This document shows positions 23,418 through 34,851 of a stretch of 64,000 nt of DNA, in pieces; within the stretch, counting starts at the first letter, position 1, and each line of letters opens with the position of its first letter. A program made the translations under genes and the position numbers. Under the pieces are notes generated by a model. It saw nothing but the letters and a program-made list of their open reading frames with translations, did not search any database and had not been told where the DNA came from. This stretch comes from Dehalococcoidia bacterium (lineage in GTDB: Bacteria; Chloroflexota; Dehalococcoidia; UBA2979), in NCBI GenBank assembly GCA_964291495.2, contig OZ219872.1, positions 1 through 64,000 of the forward strand, in the 5' to 3' direction.

Positions 23418-24707
23418 ATGAGCACGAACGTCCTCCTGCTCGGCGGCGGCGGGCGCGAGCACGCGATCGCCTGGAAGCTTGCGCAGTCGACGCGCCTCGG
23501 CAGCCTCAGCAGCGCGCCGGGCAACGCCGGCACGGCCACATACGGCGAGAACCTCGCGGGCCTTGATGAGAACGACGGCGCGGCCGTCGTCGAGGCGGCG
23601 GCGCGGCTGCGAGCCGACCTCGTGATCGTCGGGCCGGAGGCGCCGCTCGCGGCGGGCGTCGCCGACGCGCTGCGCGCCGAGGGCGTCCCGGTCTTCGGGC
23701 CCTCGCAAGCCGCAGCGGAGCTTGAGTGGTCGAAGTCGTTCGCCAAGGAGTTGATGCACGACGCCGGCATCGAGACCGGCCACGCCGCCACATTCGACGA
23801 CCCCGAGGCCGCCATGCACTACGTGCGCCGCTTCGGCGGCGCGCACGTCGTCAAGGCGGACGGCCTCGCCGCCGGCAAGGGCGTCACCGTCTGCGACACC
23901 CCGCAGGAGGCTCTCGCGGCGATCGAGGCGGCGATGGTGGAGGGCGCGTTCGGCGAGGCGGGCGCTCGGGTGCTCATCGAGCAGCGGCTGCGCGGCCCGG
24001 AAACCTCGGCGCACGCCTTCACGGACGGCACAAGCGTGGCGCACATGCCGTTCAGCTGCGATCACAAGCCGGTCTTCGACGGCGACCGCGGCCCCAACAC
24101 GGGCGGCATGGGCGTCTACTCGCCCCCCGGCTGGCTCGCCGAGGCCGATGCGCGCGCCATCGAGCGCGAGGTGACGGAGCGCGCCGTCGCCGCCCTCAGC
24201 GCCTCCGGCCGCGAGTACCGCGGCGTGCTCTACCCCGGCATGATGATCACCGCCGACGGCCCGAAGGTAATCGAGTTCAACTGCCGCTTCGGCGACCCGG
24301 AGGCGGAGGCGCTGCTGCCGCGCCTGCGCTCGGACCTGCTCGAGATCTGCGAGGCTGTCGCGCACGGCCGCCTCGCCGACGTCGACGTCGAGTGGTCGGA
24401 CGAGGCCACAGCCGGCGTGATGATGGCCTCCGGCGGCTACCCCGGCAGCTACGAGACCGGCCTCCCGATCAGCGGCGTCGGGGGTTCGGACTACGGCGTG
24501 CAGGTGTTTCTCGCCGGTGCGCAACGCGACGAGGCCGGCGTGCTGCGGACCGCAGGAGGCCGCGTGCTCTGCGTCGTCGCCAGCGGCGCGAGCCTCGCCG
24601 AGGCGCGGGACGCCGCCTACGAGCGCGTGCGGGCGATCAGCTTCGAGGGCGCGCACTACCGCACCGACGTCGGCGCACCCGCTGGCGGGACGGACGGCGG
24701 CGCATGA
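23418..24707 (+). CDS. purD: Phosphoribosylamine--glycine ligase
   Basis: [34 protein letters not shown] and [10 protein letters not shown]. Confidence 0.96.
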   Translation: MSTNVLLLGGGGREHAIAWKLAQSTRLGSLSSAPGNAGTATYGENLAGLDENDGAAVVEAAARLRADLVIVGPEAPLAAGVADALRAEGVPVFGPSQAAAELEWSKSFAKELMHDAGIETGHAATFDDPEAAMHYVRRFGGAHVVKADGLAAGKGVTVCDTPQEALAAIEAAMVEGAFGEAGARVLIEQRLRGPETSAHAFTDGTSVAHMPFSCDHKPVFDGDRGPNTGGMGVYSPPGWLAEADARAIEREVTERAVAALSASGREYRGVLYPGMMITADGPKVIEFNCRFGDPEAEALLPRLRSDLLEICEAVAHGRLADVDVEWSDEATAGVMMASGGYPGSYETGLPISGVGGSDYGVQVFLAGAQRDEAGVLRTAGGRVLCVVASGASLAEARDAAYERVRAISFEGAHYRTDVGAPAGGTDGGA

Positions 24708-25141
24708 CGACGCGCGACCCGAGCCCGCTGCGCTGTCCGATGCCCGAGTGCCGCCGCGCCCTCGAGTCCGAGTTCTGGTCGACCACGGGCACGCGCACGA
24801 GCGAGCCGTGCATCCACTTCGTCGCGATCTGGCCGCAGGGCGGCGAGAGCGAGGCGGCGATGGTCGAGGCGGTCATCTACGGCCTCGACGGCGATCGCGA
24901 GTTCGTGATCCGCAACGTGCGCGCAACCGACGAGGAGGTGCGCCGTCGCCTGCGCGCCGCAGACCTGGGCACGCTTGCAGGGATCGTGCGGACACGCCTG
25001 CACGTGGTGATCGAGGACGGCGGGCGGCGCGGGGCGGCCTTCGGCGACCGCCACGAGCGCTCGGCGACAAGCCGCGAGCTGGCGCAGGTGATTGCCGGAC
25101 CGGACCCGATCCTCGGCGGCGGCTCGATGCGGCCGGCCTGA
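24704..25141 (+). CDS. Hypothetical protein (145 aa) with a Cys/His motif
   Basis: ATGA overlap with the purD stop; [25 protein letters not shown]...EPCIHFVAIW; codon style matches its neighbours. Confidence 0.7.
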   Translation: MTTRDPSPLRCPMPECRRALESEFWSTTGTRTSEPCIHFVAIWPQGGESEAAMVEAVIYGLDGDREFVIRNVRATDEEVRRRLRAADLGTLAGIVRTRLHVVIEDGGRRGAAFGDRHERSATSRELAQVIAGPDPILGGGSMRPA

Positions 25142-25202
25142 GGCGAGCGTGTGAGACTGCGAATGACGAGGCAGACAGGGACCAACGACGGAGGATGGAT
25201 TG

Positions 25203-25670
25203 ATGGCTGACGGTGCGCTGGTGGCGATCGTGATGGGATCGGCCTCGGACGAGGACGAGATGTCGGGCTGCGGCCAGCTGCTGGAACGCCTCGGCATCCC
25301 CTACGAGCAGCATGTGATGTCGGCGCACCGCACGCCCGACGCCGTCCGCGAGTTCTGCCTCGGCGCCGCCGACGCCGGCTTCGAGGTGCTCATCGCGGCG
25401 GCGGGCGGAGCGGCGGCGCTGCCCGGCGTCGCGGCGGCCTACAGTCCGCTGCCGGTGATCGGCGTGCCGATTGCATCGTCCCCGCTGAACGGCGTGGACG
25501 CGCTCTACGCGATCGCGCAGATGCCCCCCGGCGTTCCGGTGGCGGCGATGAGCATCGGCAGCTGGGGGGCGCGCAATGCCGCCGTCTACGCCGCGCGCAT
25601 CCTCGCACTCTCGCACCCGGAGATCGCAACCGCGCTGGAGGGGTATCGTGAGGAGCAGGCGCGGCGCTAG
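25203..25670 (+). CDS. purE: N5-CAIR mutase
   Basis: IVMGSASD, SAHRTP, PVIGVP and QMPPGVPVA. Confidence 0.95.
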   Translation: MADGALVAIVMGSASDEDEMSGCGQLLERLGIPYEQHVMSAHRTPDAVREFCLGAADAGFEVLIAAAGGAAALPGVAAAYSPLPVIGVPIASSPLNGVDALYAIAQMPPGVPVAAMSIGSWGARNAAVYAARILALSHPEIATALEGYREEQARR

Positions 25671-25695
25671 CCGCGCGCGAGGCGGGAGCAGCGCG

Positions 25696-26034
25696 ATGAG
25701 CGAGATCCGGATCCGCGGCTACGAGAACCTCAACCCCGTCGCCCAGTTCCCCGGCGTGACGCGCCGCACGCTCGTCTCCGGCGACCGCCTCACCTTCGTC
25801 GAGATCCAGCTCGAACCGGACGCCGAGGTGCCGGAACACACGCACCCGCACGAGCAGGCCGGGCACGTCGCCGCGGGGCGCGTTCGCTTCCGCATCGGCG
25901 CCATCGAGTCCGAGCTCGGCCCAGGCTCCTCGTACCTCATTCCCGGGGACGTGCCGCACCACGTCGTGGCCCTCGAGGACACGACGCTGATCGAGGTCTT
26001 CTCGCCCGTCCGTGAGGACTTCGCCGATGACTGA
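25696..26034 (+). CDS. Cupin domain protein
   Basis: PEHTHPHEQ.G...G....IPGDVPH cupin metal motifs. Confidence 0.88.
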   Translation: MSEIRIRGYENLNPVAQFPGVTRRTLVSGDRLTFVEIQLEPDAEVPEHTHPHEQAGHVAAGRVRFRIGAIESELGPGSSYLIPGDVPHHVVALEDTTLIEVFSPVREDFADD

Positions 26035-26061
26035 TCCCGTTCGCCGCCGCGGAGCCGTCCG

Positions 26062-27357
<1,296 letters not shown>

Positions 27358-27382
27358 ACGGGTACGGGAAACGGGGTAACGA

Positions 27383-28296
<914 letters not shown>

Positions 28297-28300
<4 letters not shown>

Positions 28301-28566
28301 CGCAGTCCTACATCGCGCGCATCGACGTGATGCTGAAGCCGCTGGTCAACGACCCGCAAGGCCTCGCCGTCGCCGACGGGCTTCGCAACCTCGGCTTCGA
28401 CGGCGTGCGCGAGGTGCGCGTCGGCAAACGCATCGAGGTCACCCTCGAGGCCGCCGACGCCGGGGCCGCCGAGGCCGCGGTCCGCGAGATGTGCGAGCGC
28501 CTCCTCGCCAACCCGGTCATCGAGGACTTCGCCCTCGAGGTGACGGAGGCAGCGCCCACGGGGTAG
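28297..28566 (+). CDS. purS: FGAM synthase subunit PurS
   Basis: GTG start overlapping the purC stop; DPQG..V...L..LGF..V..VRVGK and LLANPVIE. Confidence 0.93.
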
Positions 28567-28593
28567 CGACCTCGGTGCTGTCGCCGGTCGTGC

Positions 28594-28626
28594 GACATCA
28601 TTGTGATATCATTCCGATATCGTTGC
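28594..28626 (+). promoter_or_regulatory. Putative toxin-antitoxin autoregulatory operator (3 x 11-bp phased repeats)
   Basis: GACATCATTGT GATATCATTCC GATATCGTTGC directly before the GAGGAGG ribosome-binding site of the antitoxin. Confidence 0.55.
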
Positions 28627-28639
28627 TGAGGAGGATAGC

Positions 28640-28882
28640 GTGCCTGACGTAGCACTACGCGGCCTTCCGGAGGACGTGCACCGGGAGCTCAAGTCCGCGG
28701 CGAGCCGCAACCACCGTAGCTTGAACGGGGAGATCCTGGAGAGGCTGACGGCATCGGTTCGCGGCAACACGGTGGACACCGCCGAACTCCTGGAACGGAT
28801 CCGCGCGCGCCGCGAAACCTTCGGAGACATCGACGTCAGCGATGAGACCATCAACAAGCTGAAGAACGAAGGACGGCCTTGA
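28640..28882 (+). CDS. Arc/FitA-like ribbon-helix-helix antitoxin
   Basis: VALRGLPEDVHRELKSAASRNHRSLNGEI; overlaps a PIN-domain gene. Confidence 0.88.
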   Translation: MPDVALRGLPEDVHRELKSAASRNHRSLNGEILERLTASVRGNTVDTAELLERIRARRETFGDIDVSDETINKLKNEGRP

Positions 28883-29295
28883 TCGTCGCGGATACGAACG
28901 TCGTCGTTCAGTTCGTCGTGGGTGACGATGGCGGCGCCGATGCAGCCCTGCTCTATGCGGAGGAGCCGGAGTGGGCCGCGCCAACGATCCTCGTGAGCGA
29001 GTTACGCAACGTGCTGCTCGGGTTCGTACGCCGCGGAGTTCTCGGTCCGGATCACGTTAAGTCAATGTGTGACGATGCCGACCGGGTTCTCGGTGATCGC
29101 GTCGAGGATGTGCCGCACGACCGGGTGATCGACACGGCGCTGGAGTGCGGCCTGACAGCGTACGACGCGGAGTTCGTGGTTCTGGCACGGACGCTGGGCG
29201 TGTTCCTGGCGACATCGGATCGCGAGATCCTCGAGGGCGCCCCGGACGTCGCCGTCGGGGTCCGGGAGGCCATCGGGCGGGCGCGACGCCAGTAG
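28879..29295 (+). CDS. vapC: VapC/FitB PIN-domain toxin
   Basis: IVADTNVV, SELRN, TAYDAEFVVLA and LATSD acidic PIN residues. Confidence 0.88.
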   Translation: MIVADTNVVVQFVVGDDGGADAALLYAEEPEWAAPTILVSELRNVLLGFVRRGVLGPDHVKSMCDDADRVLGDRVEDVPHDRVIDTALECGLTAYDAEFVVLARTLGVFLATSDREILEGAPDVAVGVREAIGRARRQ

Positions 29296-29328
29296 CGTCG
29301 AGGTCCGCGACCCGATCGCCCGTCGCCG

Positions 29329-30696
29329 CTATTCCGTCTCGGCGCGCACCGCTGCCCCGATGGCCGAGACGATCTGGTCGATCTCCTCGGGCTGCACGAC
29401 GAGCGGCGGGGCGACGACGATCTCGTCGACGACGAAGCGGGTGATCACCGCGCCCTCCTCGCGCATGTGGCGCGCGACGCGGCCGCCCGTGCCCTCGGAG
29501 GGGTCGAAGCGCTCCCCGCTCGCGCGGTCGCGCACCAGCGAGAGCCCGGCCATCAAGCCGAGGCGGCGGATGTTGTCGACGTGCGGGTGGTCGCCCAGCT
29601 CCGAGGCGAGACCCTCGCCGAGGCGCTCGCCCATTGCGGCGGCGTGCTCAACCAGGTTCTCGTCTTCGATGATCTGCAGGTTGCGCAGGCCGACCGCGCA
29701 GGCCGTCGGGTGCGCGCTGTTGGTGTAGGCGTGCATGAAGCGCGCATCCGGCGGCAGATCCTGCAGCGCGTCCATGATCGCGCCGCTCACGAGGAAGCCG
29801 CCGAGCGGCACGTAGCCGGAAGTGATCGCCTTCGACATCGTCATGATGTCCGGCTGCACATCCCAGCGCTCGAGGGCGAACCAGTGGCCCGTGCGGCCGT
29901 AGCCGGTGATCACCTCGTCGGCGATGAACAGGATCTCGTTGCGGTCGCAGATCTCGCGCACCTGCGCGAAGTAGTCATCGGAGGGAACCCAGACGCCGCC
30001 GGCGCCCTTGACCGGCTCGGCGATGAGCGCCGCGATCGTCTCCGCGCCCTCGCGCTCGATCACCGCCTCCAGCCAGCAGGCGCACTCGCCGTCGGCGTTG
30101 GGCATGCACTCGCACGGCTCCTCGGGCGGGGCGGTGTGGACGACCTCGGCGGGGAGCGGGCCGAAGTACTTCCAGAACGGCGGCAGGCCGGTCATCGCCG
30201 TCGTCAGGAGGGTGCCGCCGTGGTAGGCGCGAGGCCGCGCGATGATCTTCACCTTGTCCGGCCGCCCGCGCAGGTTCCAATAGAAGCGCGCCGTCTTCGC
30301 GGCGCCCTCGTTCGCCTCGGAGCCCGAGTTGGTGAAGAACACGCCCTGGAGGTTGTCGTAGGCGAGCCCGCTGGTCAGCTTCTCCGCCAGCTCGATGGCC
30401 GGGACGTTCGAGTAGCCCGTGTAGTTGTTGGTGAAGGCGGCCTTGCGCATCTGCTCCGCCGCCACCTCGGCCAGCTCGGCGCGGCCGTGGCCGACCGCGA
30501 CGTTCCAGAGCGAGGCGAGGCCGTCGATGTAGCGCCGTCCGCGCACGTCGGTCAGCCACACGCCCTCGCCGTGGTCGTAGATCACCGGGTGTGTGTGGTC
30601 CGGCGCGTAGTACTGCGGGTGGAGCAGGTGCGCGAGGTCGCTCGCCTCGAGGCCGGCGATCGCCTGGTCGTCGAGGCTCTGCATGCCTGTGGTCAT
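29329..30696 (-). CDS. Class III (omega) aminotransferase
   Basis: DGLASLWNV..GH, SGSEANE, AYHG, IADEVITGYGRTG and SKAITSGY.P (PLP lysine). Confidence 0.92.
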   Translation of the reverse strand: MTTGMQSLDDQAIAGLEASDLAHLLHPQYYAPDHTHPVIYDHGEGVWLTDVRGRRYIDGLASLWNVAVGHGRAELAEVAAEQMRKAAFTNNYTGYSNVPAIELAEKLTSGLAYDNLQGVFFTNSGSEANEGAAKTARFYWNLRGRPDKVKIIARPRAYHGGTLLTTAMTGLPPFWKYFGPLPAEVVHTAPPEEPCECMPNADGECACWLEAVIEREGAETIAALIAEPVKGAGGVWVPSDDYFAQVREICDRNEILFIADEVITGYGRTGHWFALERWDVQPDIMTMSKAITSGYVPLGGFLVSGAIMDALQDLPPDARFMHAYTNSAHPTACAVGLRNLQIIEDENLVEHAAAMGERLGEGLASELGDHPHVDNIRRLGLMAGLSLVRDRASGERFDPSEGTGGRVARHMREEGAVITRFVVDEIVVAPPLVVQPEEIDQIVSAIGAAVRAETE

Positions 30697-30758
30697 CGCG
30701 TGCGCTCCCTTCGCGCAGCAGTGCGGGGGTGCTCCCGCGAGCCCGAGTCAGCCTATGG

Positions 30759-32255
30759 TCATTCGGCGGGCTCGGCAAAGCGCTCACGCAGGGCGTCGCG
30801 TGCGGCCTCGGCGTCGTCCCAGGGGTGCGAGCCGTCGGCGCGCTCGATCGTCGGCTCGTGGCCCTTGCCTGCGATCAGCACCACATCGCCCTGCTCGGCG
30901 AGGGCGATCGCGCGCGCGATCGCCCTGGCGCGGTCCGGCTCGCGTTCAAAGCGCCTGCCCTCCACCGCGCCCTCGGCTGCCATCGCGCGCGCGATCTCGT
31001 CGATGATCTCGTCGGTTGGCTCGGAGCGAGAGTCCTCCTCAGTGAGCACGGCGTAGTCGGCGTGGCGCGCGGCGGCCCCGGCCATGCCCGTGCGCCGCTC
31101 GTGCGGGCGCTCGCCGGCCGCGCCGAAGACGGCGATCAGCCGCCCGTCGGTGAGCCCGCGCAGCAGCTCGAGGACGTTCGCCAGCGCGTCGCCGGTGTGC
31201 GCGTAGTCCACCACGACGCCGATCGGCGTGGTCATCACGCGCTGCAGCCGCCCCGGCACGCCCGGCGTCTGCGAGATGCCGACGCTGGCCATGTAGGGAT
31301 CGAGGTCGAGCGCGATCACGGCGCCGAACGCCGCCAGTGCGTTCGCCACGTTGAACAGGCCGGGCAGCCTCACCTGCGCATGCAGCGCGGCCTCCGGCGT
31401 CACCAGCTCGAAGGTCGAGCCGTCGCCGACGTTGTCGATCCGGCGTGCGGTCAGGTCCGCGCCCGGTTCCTCGAGGGCGTAGCTGATCACGGGTGCGCTG
31501 CTCGCCTCGGCGAAGCGTCCGTACTCCGGGTCATCGGCGTTGAGGACCGCGCCGCGCGACAGCCCCTCGAACAGCCGCAGCTTCGCGGCGCGGTAGGCCT
31601 CGACGCTGCCGTGGAAGTCGAGGTGGTCCTCGCCCAACTGGGTCAGGACGCCGACATCGAAGGCGACATCCGCAAGGCGGTCGAGGGCAAGGCCATGCGA
31701 GGTCGCTTCGACGACGGCGTACTCGCACCCGGCATCCACCATCTCCGCGAGCAGGCGTTGGATTTCGGTTGCCTCCGGCGTGCTCATGCGGCTGTCGTTC
31801 ATCGACTGGCGCAGCCCGATCCGCGTCTCGACGGTGTTGATCAGCCCGACCTCCTCGCCAGCGGCCTCGAGCGCGGCGTGGATCAGCAACGAAGTCGTGG
31901 TCTTGCCGTTCGTGCCGGTGACGCCGACGACGGTGAGACGCTGCGAGGGGTTGCCCTCGTGCGCCGCAGCCACCGCGGACAGCGCGCGGCGCGCGTCCGG
32001 CACGGCGGCCAGCGGCACGCCGAGGCCGGCGACGGCTGCCTCGCGACCCTGCTCGACGACGAGCGCGGCCGCGCCTGCAGCGACTGCCGCGGCGGCGAAG
32101 TCGTGGCCGTCGAAGCGCTGGCCGGGGATGCAGACGAAGAGATCGCCGGGCTCCACCTCGCGGGAATCGAGGCGCACGGCTTGGACGGGAGGCAGATCTG
32201 CCTGCCCGCTGGCCTCGGGAGGGAGTCCCGTCCGCCAGTCGCCGCGTGCGCTCAT
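30759..32255 (-). CDS. murE: UDP-MurNAc-L-Ala-D-Glu:diamino-acid ligase
   Basis: DSREVEPGDLF, DGHDF, GVTGTNGKTT, EATSHGL, DHLDFH, PGRLQ, VDYAHT and AGKGHE. Confidence 0.9.
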   Translation of the reverse strand: MSARGDWRTGLPPEASGQADLPPVQAVRLDSREVEPGDLFVCIPGQRFDGHDFAAAAVAAGAAALVVEQGREAAVAGLGVPLAAVPDARRALSAVAAAHEGNPSQRLTVVGVTGTNGKTTTSLLIHAALEAAGEEVGLINTVETRIGLRQSMNDSRMSTPEATEIQRLLAEMVDAGCEYAVVEATSHGLALDRLADVAFDVGVLTQLGEDHLDFHGSVEAYRAAKLRLFEGLSRGAVLNADDPEYGRFAEASSAPVISYALEEPGADLTARRIDNVGDGSTFELVTPEAALHAQVRLPGLFNVANALAAFGAVIALDLDPYMASVGISQTPGVPGRLQRVMTTPIGVVVDYAHTGDALANVLELLRGLTDGRLIAVFGAAGERPHERRTGMAGAAARHADYAVLTEEDSRSEPTDEIIDEIARAMAAEGAVEGRRFEREPDRARAIARAIALAEQGDVVLIAGKGHEPTIERADGSHPWDDAEAARDALRERFAEPAE

Positions 32256-32358
32256 CGATGCTCCCCTCGGCGAGACGGGCGGCCCCGTCCGCGCTGGATT
32301 GTCCTAGACTACCGCGCCACCGGCTTTCGACACCGGCCCCGCCGAGACGAGGTGATCG

Positions 32359-32775
32359 ATGATCGTGCTCAGCGAGGAGATGCGGCTCGCCATCGAGCGC
32401 GCGCTCGACGACGGATGCCCGGTCATCTCGAGCAGCGTTGGCGGCGATGGGCAGCCGAGCCTCTCCTTCTACGGCAGCACGCAGGTCCACGGCGACGACC
32501 AACTCGCGATCTGGGTGCGGAACCCGGCGGGCGGCCTCTTGCGCCGCATCGCCGTCAACCCGCGCGTCGCCTTCCTCTACCGCAATCCGGAGCGACGCCA
32601 GATGTGGCAGTTCCACGGGCGCGCCCGTGTCGTCGACGACCCGGATGCGCGTGACGCGATCTACGAGGGCTCGCACAAGCTCGAGCGCGACCGCGACCCG
32701 GATCGCCTGGGCGTCGCCGTGATCATCGATCTCGACCGGGTGCTTGAGCGGGGCGAGGTGGTGATGGAGCGCTGA
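32359..32775 (+). CDS. Pyridoxamine 5'-phosphate oxidase-like flavin-binding split-barrel protein
   Basis: DGQPSLS..GS, NPRVAFLY and WQFHGRA.VVDD. Confidence 0.75.
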   Translation: MIVLSEEMRLAIERALDDGCPVISSSVGGDGQPSLSFYGSTQVHGDDQLAIWVRNPAGGLLRRIAVNPRVAFLYRNPERRQMWQFHGRARVVDDPDARDAIYEGSHKLERDRDPDRLGVAVIIDLDRVLERGEVVMER

Positions 32776-32787
32776 GCGCCGACGCCG

Positions 32788-34035
32788 CTACTGCGCCGCG
32801 CTCTCCCGCTGGCGGGGCAGCGAAACCTCGACGGCGAGGCCGCCCTCGGGCAGCGCGCGCGCCGTCACCTCGCCGCGATGGGCGCGCACGATGGCGCGCA
32901 CGATCGAGAGTCCGAGGCCGTAACCGCCCCGGCCGCGCGTGCGGGAGCCTTCCATCCGCGCGAAGCGCTCGAACAGCCGCGGCGCCTCGTCCGCGGGGAT
33001 GAGCGCCCCGCCGTTGGCGACGCGTAGCGTCGCCGTCTGCTCGTCCTGACCGCTCGCGATCTCGATCCAGCCGTCACGCTCGTTGTGCTGCACGGCGTTG
33101 TCGACGAGATTGCCGGCGAGGCGGTCGAGCAGCATCGGGTCACCCTCGACGGTCGCCTCGCCGAGGTCGAGCGTGGCGCGCAGCCCGAGCTCGCCGATCT
33201 CGGCCTCGCGCGCATCGAGGGCGCGGCGGACGGCTTCGGCGAGGTCGCTCTCCTCGCCCCGCTGCAGCGGCTCCTCGGCGCGGGCGAGGACCAGCAGCCG
33301 GTCGATCAGGCCCTCGGTGCGGTCGATCGCGCGGCGCACGACCTCGGCGGTGCTCGCGAGTTGCTCGCGTCCGGCGTTCGGGTCCTCGAGGGTGACGTCG
33401 ATCTCAGTGCGGATGATGGTGAGCGGGGTGCGCAACTCGTGCGAGGCGTTGGCGACGAACTCGCGTTGCGCCTCGAAGGCCGTCTGCAGTCGATCGAGCA
33501 TCGCGTCGAACTGGTCGGCGAGATCCTTCAGCTCGTCGGAGGGCCCGGCGAGTGCGATCCGCTCCTCCAGGCTTGCCTCGCTGATGCGGCGGGCGGTGGC
33601 GGCAATCTCCTCGACGGGCCGCAGCATTCGCCCGGCGACGAACCAGCCGAGGCCAATCGAGAGCACGGCCATCAGCCCGAGCGCGACACCCGATTGCCAC
33701 ACGATCTGCTGGAGCGTGTCCGTCTTGATGTGCGAGATGACGCTGTTGAACAGCGGCGTGGCCGCGACGCCCCGCCTCGGACCGACCGGACGCCCCGGCG
33801 TTGGCGGGCGCTCGACGACGAAGAAGAACTCGCCACGCAACTCGCCTGGCTCCAGGTCGAAGCGGCGCTCGACGTTCTCGCGCAGGTCGGCCCCGTCCGA
33901 GGGGAAGTTGCGGGCGACGAGCGCGAAGTTGAGCGCCAGCAGCACCGAGCCCGCCAACAGGAACAGCCCGCCGTACCAGAGCGTCAGGCGCAGCCGGATC
34001 GACGGCTTGAAGATCGCGGCGCCCGGCAGCCGCAT
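32788..34035 (-). CDS. HAMP-domain sensor histidine kinase
   Basis: Two TM segments, HAMP domain, ASHELRTPL H-box, NLVDNA and GYGLGLSIV. Confidence 0.94.
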   Translation of the reverse strand: MRLPGAAIFKPSIRLRLTLWYGGLFLLAGSVLLALNFALVARNFPSDGADLRENVERRFDLEPGELRGEFFFVVERPPTPGRPVGPRRGVAATPLFNSVISHIKTDTLQQIVWQSGVALGLMAVLSIGLGWFVAGRMLRPVEEIAATARRISEASLEERIALAGPSDELKDLADQFDAMLDRLQTAFEAQREFVANASHELRTPLTIIRTEIDVTLEDPNAGREQLASTAEVVRRAIDRTEGLIDRLLVLARAEEPLQRGEESDLAEAVRRALDAREAEIGELGLRATLDLGEATVEGDPMLLDRLAGNLVDNAVQHNERDGWIEIASGQDEQTATLRVANGGALIPADEAPRLFERFARMEGSRTRGRGGYGLGLSIVRAIVRAHRGEVTARALPEGGLAVEVSLPRQRESAAQ

Positions 34036-34700
34036 CAGGGGATGCGGTAGCCGACGCCGCGCAGCGTCTCGATCAGCGGCGGCTCTCCGAGGCTCTTGCG
34101 CAGCTTCATGATCGTGACACGCACGACGTTCGTGAATGGATCGGTGTGCTCGTCCCAGGCGCGGTCAAGCAACTCCTCGGGGCTGACGACGGCGCCCCCG
34201 GCCTCGAGCAGCACCTGCAGCACCGCGAACTCCTTGCGCGTGAGGCTGAGCGCGCGCCCGTCCCGCGAGGCGCTGCGCCGCGCGGCATCGAGGACCACGC
34301 CGCCTCGCTCGAGCAGCGGCTGCGCCGCCGGGTGCGATCGCCGCCCCAGCGCGCGGATCCGCGCCCGCAACTCCCCGAAGTCGAACGGCTTGGAGAGATA
34401 GTCGTCCGCTCCGAGGTCGAGCCCCTCGATGCGGTCGTGTACGGCGGCGGCCGCGGTCAGCATCAGGATGCGGCAGTCGCCCTCGGCGGCGACCAGCTCG
34501 CGGCAGACATCGTCGCCGTGGACGCGGGGGAGGTCGCGATCGAGCACGACGACGTCGTAGGGGTGGACCGTCGCCTTATCGAGGGCGGAGGCGCCGTCGA
34601 AGGCGACATCGACGGCGAGCCCGTCGCGGCGCAGGCCCCTCGCGATCGCGTTCGCGAGGTCGCGCTCGTCCTCCACCAGCAGCACGCGCATCGCGGTCAC
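34035..34700 (-). CDS. OmpR-family response regulator
   Basis: LLVEDE, LDRDLP, GADDYLSKPF and winged helix ending IETLRGVGY; start at 34700 or 34691. Confidence 0.94.
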   Translation of the reverse strand: MTAMRVLLVEDERDLANAIARGLRRDGLAVDVAFDGASALDKATVHPYDVVVLDRDLPRVHGDDVCRELVAAEGDCRILMLTAAAAVHDRIEGLDLGADDYLSKPFDFGELRARIRALGRRSHPAAQPLLERGGVVLDAARRSASRDGRALSLTRKEFAVLQVLLEAGGAVVSPEELLDRAWDEHTDPFTNVVRVTIMKLRKSLGEPPLIETLRGVGYRIP

Positions 34701-34851
34701 CTTTCGCCCGCAGTCAGCGCGCAGGCTACCCCTTCGACCCTAACGCGAACGTAACCTACGAGGCGCGCGAGGTAACGAGGGCGTTATGCGACGCCGTGCA
34801 TTGTTGCGCCGACCCGGAGCAGATTCTCGGATCGGGATGTGAGAGACGAGC

